From Acaryochloris thomasi RCC1774 (GTDB lineage Bacteria; Cyanobacteriota; Cyanobacteriia; Thermosynechococcales; Thermosynechococcaceae), in assembly GCF_003231495.1 (NCBI RefSeq), contig NZ_PQWO01000033.1, positions 6,474 through 38,473 of the forward strand: 32,000 nt of DNA. The letters are read 5' to 3'. Numbering within the stretch: the first letter of the stretch is position 1; the number at the start of each line of letters is the position of its first letter. Under the pieces are notes generated by a model. It had not been told where the DNA came from. It did not search any database and saw only the letters and a list, made by a program, of their open reading frames with translations. Below, in pieces: positions 25,190-32,000 of this stretch. The translations under genes were made by a program, and so were the position numbers.

Positions 25190-25678
25190 CTAATCTTCCG
25201 GCAAGAACTCACTGTTGAGCGTCTGCTCCGCTGTGTACGGGCATTCAGGTGGAAAAGTCTCTAGGGGAAGTCCAGTCTCGTCGGCTGCATCTTCAGCCGC
25301 GTCTTGGTAACAGAGGTCGAACTTCTCTATCAGGTGGTTTTTCAGCGATGGATAGTCCCGTACTAGTCTTCTGATCTGCTTTCTAGACTCACGGATAGAT
25401 CCGCGCCAACTACCGGAACGTTTATCTGACTGATACTGCCATTTCAGTAGGTGCATGAGTAGCCGCGTGAGTTGACTTCGCAGTGCTTTCCTCTCGCTGT
25501 TGCCCAAGTCTTCGACCTCTTCAATCAAATGCTCAATATCCAGCTCATCAAATTTCCCCTGCTTAAGCAGCTCGGCAGTTTGGTCTGCCCATTCAACGAA
25601 GTCAGTCTCATGGAGAGGCTGATGAGTTGCAGTGGATAGCTGTGTGCTGGTCATATCAATTGTCAGGTTTACCTGCAT
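25190..25678 (-). CDS. DUF29 family protein
   Basis: DFVEWADQTAELLKQGKFDELDIEHLIEEVEDLGNSERKALRSQLTRLLMHLLKWQYQ is the characteristic DUF29 core abundant in cyanobacteria. The start may instead be the ATG at 25654. Confidence 0.8.
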   Translation of the reverse strand: MQVNLTIDMTSTQLSTATHQPLHETDFVEWADQTAELLKQGKFDELDIEHLIEEVEDLGNSERKALRSQLTRLLMHLLKWQYQSDKRSGSWRGSIRESRKQIRRLVRDYPSLKNHLIEKFDLCYQDAAEDAADETGLPLETFPPECPYTAEQTLNSEFLPED

Positions 25679-25756
25679 TTACAGCTTAACAGCGCCAAGA
25701 AATACAACAAATTCCGCGACTTGCAATAGATAGATAGCAAGTCTAGGAGTTGTGCT

Positions 25757-26557
25757 GTGTTAAAAACCCTAACCCGCCCCAGGCGGACAACAGAACCACC
25801 TGAGGAGTCCTCAGAACCACTGCGGAAGTCCCCTGCTACCCGGCAAGGTAACTTCCATAAGTTTGTAGCTGCTGCCCTAGGCTTACAAATCTTCACAGCC
25901 TTGGGTGTGCTGCTGCTGGGGATGGGGTACCTGCGCCTATCGAGCCGCCCTCCAGTGCTGGTGGAGCGGGCCAACGGGGAATCGTTCCAGGCAGAGCAGC
26001 AGGATCCAGACTATCGAGATTCCAAAGCGATTCAAGAGTTTGTGGAGACGATGTACGGCTCTTTGTACAACTGGTCAAAGGTCACCACTACCAAAGGTGG
26101 CTTCAAGGCAGAGACGGGTTACCAACGGGGCAAGGTCAACATCCCGCTGCGGATGGCTGCAGCAGAATTCGGACTTTCCCCTGAAGGAGACTTCCGGGCC
26201 GGGGTGCTCGACAAGCTAGCAAAAAGTTATGGCCGTTATGCCCGTTCCGTCCAAGCGGGTGATTTTTCGCAGCTGATCAACATTCGAGAGGTATCCGACC
26301 CAATGCCTTTGGAAGACGGCGGTTGGAAAGTGTCGATTGTGTCGGACCTGATTATCACCTCACGCACGGCTCGTCCTGAGAATATCCCTCTGAATCAGAC
26401 GGTGTATATCAGCCCTGACCATCGAGATAAATTACCGGACCCCACAAATGAGTTTGAGGCCCATCGCAATGAGATTAGAGCCTATGGCCTGCTGATCTAT
26501 GCCATCCGCGATATCGAAGTTGATGATCCCACTGCCGAGTCGAGAGCATTCCGATGA
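25757..26557 (+). CDS. Bitopic membrane protein, VirB8/TrbF-like by topology and position
   Basis: GTG start with AGGAG 7 nt upstream. A ~35-aa cytoplasmic N-terminus, TM helix FVAAALGLQIFTALGVLLLGMGYL, then RPPVLVERANGESF...AIQEFVETMYGSLYNWS, which is reminiscent of the start of the VirB8 periplasmic domain. Confidence 0.45.
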   Translation: MLKTLTRPRRTTEPPEESSEPLRKSPATRQGNFHKFVAAALGLQIFTALGVLLLGMGYLRLSSRPPVLVERANGESFQAEQQDPDYRDSKAIQEFVETMYGSLYNWSKVTTTKGGFKAETGYQRGKVNIPLRMAAAEFGLSPEGDFRAGVLDKLAKSYGRYARSVQAGDFSQLINIREVSDPMPLEDGGWKVSIVSDLIITSRTARPENIPLNQTVYISPDHRDKLPDPTNEFEAHRNEIRAYGLLIYAIRDIEVDDPTAESRAFR

Positions 26558-27927
26558 CCGAGAAAATTCAATTTTTCCCAAACGCAAAAGCAGAAGAAGC
26601 CCCCCAAGCCGCCGAGCTAGACACCAGCTCCATCGTTGTTGACCTTCCGGCAGATTCTGCTTCTGAAGAAGATGAGGCTTTGCTTCCAGAGGACTTCGAC
26701 CCAGAGGAGCTAGATATCGAAGCGGCTCGTACGGTCCAGCATCCGATGCAGACGCCTTGGACAAAGATGGCTGTGGTCTTTGTGCTGTGTACGGCAGGCT
26801 TTGCTGTATTGATGCTTTGGTATAACTCCGCCAAAGGGGTCAAGCTAACGAAAAAGCAAGAAAAAACCGAGCGGGTTCAACTCGCGTCTGCAGCGGAGGT
26901 GAATGCGAATAGCGATCGGATAGAAAACGCCGTCCAGTCCGGTAATATCGCCCGAGAACGAGCGGCAGACAAGCTAGCTGAAGCAGAGAAGCAGAATCAA
27001 AAGGACGCTAGAACTCAAAATAAGCCAGCCCCTCGTCCCCCCTCTCGCTCCACCACCGCCAGCCGCCCTGCTCCACCGCCGCCGAGATCCCCGCGCCCCC
27101 GTCCTCGGATCGCGTCCCGTCCTGCTCCACCACCCCGCAGAGTCTCTCCCGCTCCCCCACCCAGGCCCGCGCCCAGGTCGGCTCCAGCCCCTGCGCCCGT
27201 AGTGGCTAAAGCTAAGCCAGTGGATCGCTCACCTGTGTATGGCGGTCAGCTTCCCCAAGCCGAATCCGCCCCCGTTCAGCCCAATCAACCTGAATTTGAA
27301 TCTCAGCTTGTGTCACAACAGGCTGAGTTTGACGAATTTGCCAGTGGTCCTGGGCAGAACGCCCCCTTAGCCGCGCAACAGGATGCATTCCTGCAGGGCC
27401 AGACGATGACGACGGTTCCCTCGGGCACCACGCTCCGAGCCTCCGTAGAATCGGAGGCGATTGCTTCCGATAGCGCGACCTTCACCGCCGTCACGACGGA
27501 GGAAATCGCTGGCATACCGCAGGGTTCAGAAGTGTTGGCCCAGATTGTCCAGTTAGCTCCTGGCGGCTACTTTGAGGCGGAACTGATCGCGCTCAATGGT
27601 TCAGAAGTAAGTCCTGGGAGCACTCGGATTTTCAGGGATAACGGCAAGCTGATGCGGGCCAAGGGTGGGAAGCGCAAAAAGGGCTTTTTCAGTAGTGGCC
27701 TGGGCCGGATGCTCACCGGCTTTGCTCAGGATGCCGGAGAGAGCTGGATCCGCGATCGGGTGGGTGGCAACCGGACGCTGAACAACGGAGCCAGAGAAGT
27801 CTTAGTGCTGGCAGATCAGCCCCGGTCACGCCAGTCGGACACGAGGGAGCCAGAAGAAACATCTGTGCTCATTCCCACCGGCAGCATTGTGATCACATTC
27901 GAGCAAGAAGCTTATATATCGAGGTAA
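26554..27927 (+). CDS. VirB10/TrbI-like protein
   Basis: ATGA overlap with the upstream gene. Acidic N-terminus, TM helix MAVVFVLCTAGFAVLMLWY, and a Pro-rich tract KPAPRPPSRS...RPAPPPPRSPRPRPRIASRPAPPPRRVSPAPPPRPAPRSAPAPAP. The C-terminal domain begins TVPSGTTLRASVESEAIASD and ends VLIPTGSIVITFEQEA, matching VirB10 edge motifs (ipaGtxixaxLxtxixSD ... G). Confidence 0.6.
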   Translation: MTEKIQFFPNAKAEEAPQAAELDTSSIVVDLPADSASEEDEALLPEDFDPEELDIEAARTVQHPMQTPWTKMAVVFVLCTAGFAVLMLWYNSAKGVKLTKKQEKTERVQLASAAEVNANSDRIENAVQSGNIARERAADKLAEAEKQNQKDARTQNKPAPRPPSRSTTASRPAPPPPRSPRPRPRIASRPAPPPRRVSPAPPPRPAPRSAPAPAPVVAKAKPVDRSPVYGGQLPQAESAPVQPNQPEFESQLVSQQAEFDEFASGPGQNAPLAAQQDAFLQGQTMTTVPSGTTLRASVESEAIASDSATFTAVTTEEIAGIPQGSEVLAQIVQLAPGGYFEAELIALNGSEVSPGSTRIFRDNGKLMRAKGGKRKKGFFSSGLGRMLTGFAQDAGESWIRDRVGGNRTLNNGAREVLVLADQPRSRQSDTREPEETSVLIPTGSIVITFEQEAYISR

Positions 27928-27933
27928 TTGATT

Positions 27934-29337
27934 ATGTTCAAACAATACGCACCCTTGGCCTTGCTGGGAGCCGCAACGACCGCGGTTGTCCTGCCGTCAT
28001 TGCCAGCCCAAGCCGCTCAGCGGTTCACCGTCTCGCAGGCGGCAGAGAAAGCCAAGGTGAATCTTAATCCCAACGAAGGGGTATACATCCAGCTACCGCC
28101 CTCAATGCCGATCAGTTCCTATTCCATAGACGATGGTTCCGTGCTGACCCTCGGAGGCAAATTCAGCCCTGGCACTAACATTCTTCGGATTGTGGGTAAG
28201 AACCCTGGCAAAACAGGGTTGGGTCTGGTGGTCCAGGGTGGCTCTGGTTACCAGACGCTGAACTTAGCTGTCCGTGTTGGCAATAAGGGTAGTCAAGGCA
28301 CGATTGAGATTACTGAGGATTCTTTGCCTCAGGGGGATACCCCAGCTCCACAAGCGAGAAATGCAGCGCAATCAAAGTTAAGCTATCCATCCGATTTGGT
28401 TCGCAGCGGTTTGAGTCTTGCCAATATCCAGGGGCAGATACCTGCTGGTTCACCGCTAGACATGGCCGTCAACCAGTGGATTGATGCGGTTGAGCAAGGG
28501 GTAAATGAAACGGATGCCTCACGTCGGTCGGGTGTTCAGTCGAATGTTTTGCAGCGGCTCACTGAGCTGGGTCAAACGACGCCCGTTGTTCAATCGCCTC
28601 CTCCAGAGTCATCGCCCACTGCCATACTCCCATCAAATCCTCCTTCCCTTCCTGAAGCTGCCAAGAATGAAGAGATTTCAGATGCTGTCGCTTCACGGAT
28701 TGCTGCTTTAGAGAAGCAGGTTGAGACGAACACGAATGTTCTTTCAAAGCAGAAGAAAATCCTGGCTCAGGTTGAATCACAGCAGCAAACCTTTCTCGCT
28801 CGTTTTGATGCAATCGATTCCCAGAGCGAACAGTTCTTAGCTCAGCTCAGCGATATCAAGGCGGCAGACTCTAAGCCAGAGGAGAGTGCCACTGCTCAAG
28901 CTGTTCAGGTGCTCCCCTCTTCAGAAGCCGATTCCGAGCCAGTCGCTGAAGCCGAACCTCAAGCAGATGAGCAATCTGTTGTTGTGGCGAAGGAGGCAGC
29001 AGAACAGCCTCCTGAAGAAACGGAAGCTGAAACGAAAGCTGCATCGGTTCCGGTTATGAACGAACCAGAGGAGCAATTGCCTGAGGCTTCAAATGATTCG
29101 TTAGAGGAGATGAACTCTATTGAGCTAGCTCACGCTATTAAGCAAGGTTTGCACCAGAACTCGAAGGACTATCCCTACAGCTCTTGGAAGTATCGTCAGG
29201 TCAATAATGCTGTTCTAATCCTCAAGCGAGGAAACTCGATTGAGACAGCTTCCAAGTGGTCGGGTCTGGAGCTAGAGACCCTGCTTCAGCTTGCGAATGA
29301 AACACCCATGCAGGTTAGCCAAGGAGTTTCGCAATGA
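27934..29337 (+). CDS. Secreted multidomain protein: N-terminal beta-rich domain (VirB9 / pilus-secretin N-domain-like), internal duplicated HTH-like module, coiled coil, acidic tract
   Basis: GAGG lies 9 nt upstream of the ATG. Signal peptide MFKQYAPLALLGAATTAVVLPSLPAQA. VNLNPNEGVYIQLPPSMPISSYSIDDGSVLTLGG...NILRIVGKNPGKTGLGLVVQGGSGYQTLNLAVRV resembles the N-terminal domains of VirB9/CpaC-type proteins. The functional call is weak. Confidence 0.4.
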   Translation: MFKQYAPLALLGAATTAVVLPSLPAQAAQRFTVSQAAEKAKVNLNPNEGVYIQLPPSMPISSYSIDDGSVLTLGGKFSPGTNILRIVGKNPGKTGLGLVVQGGSGYQTLNLAVRVGNKGSQGTIEITEDSLPQGDTPAPQARNAAQSKLSYPSDLVRSGLSLANIQGQIPAGSPLDMAVNQWIDAVEQGVNETDASRRSGVQSNVLQRLTELGQTTPVVQSPPPESSPTAILPSNPPSLPEAAKNEEISDAVASRIAALEKQVETNTNVLSKQKKILAQVESQQQTFLARFDAIDSQSEQFLAQLSDIKAADSKPEESATAQAVQVLPSSEADSEPVAEAEPQADEQSVVVAKEAAEQPPEETEAETKAASVPVMNEPEEQLPEASNDSLEEMNSIELAHAIKQGLHQNSKDYPYSSWKYRQVNNAVLILKRGNSIETASKWSGLELETLLQLANETPMQVSQGVSQ

Positions 29338-31025
29338 GAAGATTCACAGCACTTTTGTTGGGGGCTGCGGCCCTCGCATTAACGACCGTCAGTGCTAGCG
29401 CGATCGTAGACCCCTTCCATCAGCCCAGCCTGGATAACCTGACCTTTCGGGACTTACCGCCTGCCGATACTGGTGGAGAGATACAGATCCCTGGTGGACC
29501 CGGTATCCATTGGGAACGGGGCGAATCGCCCTCTGATTATTTGCCTGTGGGTGTGATCATGGACGGTTTGGGCGTCGGTGATCTGACACTCAATGATATT
29601 GGTGATGCTGTCGGTGTTAGTCCCGGCAAGTACACCTTAGATGATTTATTCCCGATGCAGTGGCAGACGCTTCAGCACTTGGTTGATGCCGTCCCTGAAC
29701 TGCCGAACTATCGGGTGGCAGACGTGAAGCCTATTTTTGATGCATTGGGCGGGCAATACGCCGATTCGCTGATCGTTAATTTACCGACGGATGCCTTATC
29801 CAAGACCATTCCCAACTTGGTTGATTATTCTATTCACGACATCCCCAACTTAGCCAATACGCCCCTTGACCACTTTGACCGAGCGGGATGGTCCGAGATC
29901 TATGGGATTCCCGGCCTAGAGGATTTACCGTTTAGTAAATATCCCACCGCTTTGAAGACGCCGTTTTGGGCAAAGGTGGATGTTGTGTATGGAGATAAGG
30001 AATCCACGCGGCGGGACACCATCACCGGGTCGGTTCAGGAGAATAGCTGGTCGGTCCCCTGCGAGCAGCCCTGTGCCTATCTAGAGATGACCAATGCCCA
30101 TACCGCCAGCGGCAACCTGAGCAAGTTTGGCTATCACGGCAAGCATTACATCGCAGGTGACTTCCAGAAGGTTAAGGGCGGCTGGGCCGGTCAGGAAAGT
30201 AACTGGGTGGGCGGTTATGAACCTGCCGGTCAACTGCCCTTTGGTGACTTTGCGAAGGTTTCAGCAGCCGGTCTGACTGAACAAAAAGGCAAGGGAGAGT
30301 TGCGCCTCAACTTTCGCTATTGTGAGCGGAGCTTTGGGGTGACGAAAGCCTGTACTCCCTACGGTGTGCATAACGGGATTGTGTCTACTCCCTTCATGCC
30401 GTTCAAGGAGACGGGAATTATCCCCGTGATGGCATTGACGGGCGCTCCTGCCAACAATGGGAGTCCCTCGAAAGAGGATAAGGCAGATGTTGATAAGACC
30501 GACCCTACCAAAACTGAGAAGGGTGGGAGTAATCCAATCAAGGGTATCAATCCGCCGAAGATTGGCTCATCTGAGCAGGGACAGTCGAGTACGACGCCAC
30601 CCCCTGCTGCTGAAGATGAATGCAAGTATGACGGGCAAGCGATGTACAAGCCTGTTGCAGGGCCGATAACTTCAGGTTATGGATATCGAACTCACCCTAT
30701 TTCAGGGCAAAGACGTTTGCATGGTGGGATGGATATCGGTGCTCCTCATGGTATGGCGATCGGTGCAGCCGAATGTGGTGAGGTTGTCTTTGCCGGTTGG
30801 CATGGGGCTGCTGCGGGAAATGTCGTCACTATTGATCATGGAGGGGGTATCAAGACTCAGTATCTTCACATCTGTGCAGGATGCTTTTTCGTAAAGGTCG
30901 GTGCTCAGATGGAGCGGGGTGAAAAGATTGCTCGTGTCGGCAGTACAGGCAATTCGACGGGGCCGCACTTGCATTTTAACGTTAAGCAAAATGGCACTAA
31001 CAAAGACCCAGCAAATTACCTTTAG
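29334..31025 (+). CDS. Secreted protein with a C-terminal M23 (LytM-type) metallopeptidase domain
   Basis: AAGGAG lies upstream, with an ATGA overlap. Signal peptide MRRFTALLLGAAALALTTVSASA. M23 motifs HGGMDIGAP (HxxxD), GNVVTIDHGGGIKTQYLH, GSTGNSTGPHLHF (HxH). The N-terminal ~430 aa is unrecognised. Confidence 0.85.
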   Translation: MRRFTALLLGAAALALTTVSASAIVDPFHQPSLDNLTFRDLPPADTGGEIQIPGGPGIHWERGESPSDYLPVGVIMDGLGVGDLTLNDIGDAVGVSPGKYTLDDLFPMQWQTLQHLVDAVPELPNYRVADVKPIFDALGGQYADSLIVNLPTDALSKTIPNLVDYSIHDIPNLANTPLDHFDRAGWSEIYGIPGLEDLPFSKYPTALKTPFWAKVDVVYGDKESTRRDTITGSVQENSWSVPCEQPCAYLEMTNAHTASGNLSKFGYHGKHYIAGDFQKVKGGWAGQESNWVGGYEPAGQLPFGDFAKVSAAGLTEQKGKGELRLNFRYCERSFGVTKACTPYGVHNGIVSTPFMPFKETGIIPVMALTGAPANNGSPSKEDKADVDKTDPTKTEKGGSNPIKGINPPKIGSSEQGQSSTTPPPAAEDECKYDGQAMYKPVAGPITSGYGYRTHPISGQRRLHGGMDIGAPHGMAIGAAECGEVVFAGWHGAAAGNVVTIDHGGGIKTQYLHICAGCFFVKVGAQMERGEKIARVGSTGNSTGPHLHFNVKQNGTNKDPANYL

Positions 31026-31040
31026 CTCTGGAGCCTGTTG

Positions 31041-31643
31041 ATGAAAAGATCACACATTGGTATCACGATTACTGCAATCTCTATCTTCGTTGGAGCGGGA
31101 TGGGCAATAACTTCAATGCAATCTAAGGCTGGTTCAAGGGATGAGCTTAAGCATGATAAGGACTGCTTACAGGTTGGCTTTGAAAATACAGTCTTGACCG
31201 AAGAATCCTATGGTGGCAAGCAATACAAGCTCGTTCGCTCTCGCAAGACAGATGATAGCGGCTGGATCATTGATCAGTACAGCATTGTTACTGCCGACAA
31301 TGCTGGTTGCACTGTGAGTAGCGAGAGGTTCTCCGATAAGCTCCCTACTACAGAACTGCAAGAAAAAATAGTTCTAGCTTATTGGCGTTCTCAGGCTAGT
31401 TCTTCAAAGGAGAAAGTAAATTTAGAGGAATTCCTAGCTAACACCCCCATCGGCATAACGGGTGTTTCTAGCTTGGGCTTGCTTCAGCAGGACTTGGACG
31501 CCCTCGATCAGCTTGGTGTGAAATATCCGAGCTATGTCAAAGCTATCGACAGCTTTGATTCACCAGAAAAAGCGGAGGAGTACTACCTCACGATTTTTAA
31601 TGACCAATGGTTTAAAGCCCACCCAGAAGCAGGAGCAGACTAA
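31041..31643 (+). CDS. Membrane-anchored hypothetical protein
   Basis: GGAG lies 7 nt upstream of the ATG at 31041. N-terminal anchor IGITITAISIFVGAGWAITSM. Confidence 0.55.
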   Translation: MKRSHIGITITAISIFVGAGWAITSMQSKAGSRDELKHDKDCLQVGFENTVLTEESYGGKQYKLVRSRKTDDSGWIIDQYSIVTADNAGCTVSSERFSDKLPTTELQEKIVLAYWRSQASSSKEKVNLEEFLANTPIGITGVSSLGLLQQDLDALDQLGVKYPSYVKAIDSFDSPEKAEEYYLTIFNDQWFKAHPEAGAD

Positions 31644-32000
31644 TGCCTAGCCAAAGCCCAAGAGTAGATACGACATCCGCACGATCTGCAGAATCAGAGA
31701 CACGTCAGACGACCGAGAAGGCGGCAACAGCGCTGTTGTTGTTGCTGAAGCAATGGAAGTTACATGCACCGCCTGATATCCAGGCGAAGATCGGCCCCAA
31801 CCCTGAAGTGTCAGTGCGTGTGGGTGAAGAAGTCTATAAGGGTTTGGCCGATAGCCCTGCGATAAAAGCCATCCCCAAAGATGATTTAGACTACCTGAAA
31901 ATTGCCACCGGCATGGCTCAGGGATATTCCCATGCCGACCTGACGCGAGATGTGGAGATCAAGGTAGGGGGTCGCAAAGTCTTCGAGGTGGCCGGTGGTA
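31643..32000 (+). CDS. Hypothetical protein, 5' part; runs off the right edge
   Basis: The ATG at 31643 overlaps the upstream TAA (TAATG). The frame is open to the window end: MPSQSPRVDTTSARSAESETRQTTEKAATALLLLLKQWKLHAPPDIQ... It is not in the ORF track because it has no stop. Confidence 0.45.
   Translation, partial: MPSQSPRVDTTSARSAESETRQTTEKAATALLLLLKQWKLHAPPDIQAKIGPNPEVSVRVGEEVYKGLADSPAIKAIPKDDLDYLKIATGMAQGYSHADLTRDVEIKVGGRKVFEVAGG

Larger units (their letters stand above)
16643..32000 (+). mobile_element. Type IV secretion / conjugative mating-pair-formation-like gene module; continues past the right edge
   Basis: Gene order: pilin-like, VirB3-like, VirB4, secreted helical protein, polytopic VirB6-like, VirB8-like, VirB10-like, secreted beta-rich protein, M23 hydrolase. 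Start/stop overlaps occur at 18355, 22776, 26554, 29334 and 31643. Confidence 0.6.

Noticed and set aside
25893-26843. ORFs 25893-26078 (-), 25905-26219 (+), 26432-26764 (-) and 26568-26843 (-) overlapping the VirB8-like and VirB10-like genes
   Set aside because: They are shadow frames in a GC-rich coding region. The annotated frames have SD sequences, TM helices and ATGA coupling.
27040-27200. Repetitive CCNCCN-rich DNA, considered as a tandem repeat or variable-number locus
   Set aside because: It encodes the Pro/Arg/Ala-rich linker expected in VirB10/TrbI-like proteins and has no exact DNA-level unit. The same reasoning applies to the GGT/GGC run at 18302-18322 (Gly7) and the GAGCCT x3 run at 8240-8258 (EPEPEP).
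1-32000. Search by eye for CRISPR arrays, tRNA/rRNA genes, transposases/IS ends, integrases and att-like direct repeats
   Set aside because: I found no regularly spaced repeats, no cloverleaf-like or rRNA-like sequence, and no DDE/tyrosine/serine recombinase motif in any listed ORF. Plasmid versus ICE therefore cannot be decided from this window.

Overview
The window reads as part of a cyanobacterial accessory replicon, either a plasmid or an integrative conjugative element. It holds at least 8 perfect copies of the cyanobacterial HIP1 octamer GCGATCGC, and I saw no rRNA, tRNA, CRISPR array or transposase. There are three blocks. (i) 1-6540, minus strand, AT-richer by eye: a co-directional chain of an HTH-NB-ARC STAND ATPase, then (4-nt overlap) a Zn-ribbon/Ser-Thr-kinase/TM/TPR protein, then a cytochrome P450, then (2-nt gap) a TPS-domain filamentous-haemagglutinin-like exoprotein that runs off the left edge. 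(ii) 6700-12400, maintenance/establishment-type genes: two tandem ParB-like paralogues, the second carrying a decayed beta-class DNA-methyltransferase remnant. They are separated by an intergenic region with a 16-bp-stem hairpin and a perfect 38-bp palindrome. This block also has an XRE HTH gene, a 644-bp structured non-coding stretch, a 680-aa protein with archaeo-eukaryotic-primase (Prim-Pol) style motifs (putative replicase), an AT-rich spacer and a tandem ribbon-helix-helix protein. (iii) 13007-32000, plus strand, GC-richer by eye: a translationally coupled five-gene envelope operon (Zn-ribbon-TM-SBP-OmpA protein, Coq4-like HDxxH protein, unknowns), followed by a ~15 kb type IV secretion/conjugation-like module. 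That module has two paralogous pilin-like proteins flanking a sigma-70-family gene, a VirB3-like protein, a VirB4 ATPase, VirB5/6/8/10-like candidates and an M23 peptidase, and it is interrupted by a small block of mixed orientation (two opposite-strand genes, one of them DUF29, plus a TPR-like gene). Only the VirB4, M23, P450, kinase, NB-ARC, ParB, OmpA, sigma, DUF29 and TPS calls rest on explicit sequence motifs; the other calls are inferred from topology, size and gene order. No homology search could be run. The best novelty candidates are the cyanobacterial (probably MPF-C class) T4SS module with its embedded sigma factor, the 13.0-16.5 kb envelope operon, and the STAND/kinase/P450/TpsA chain.
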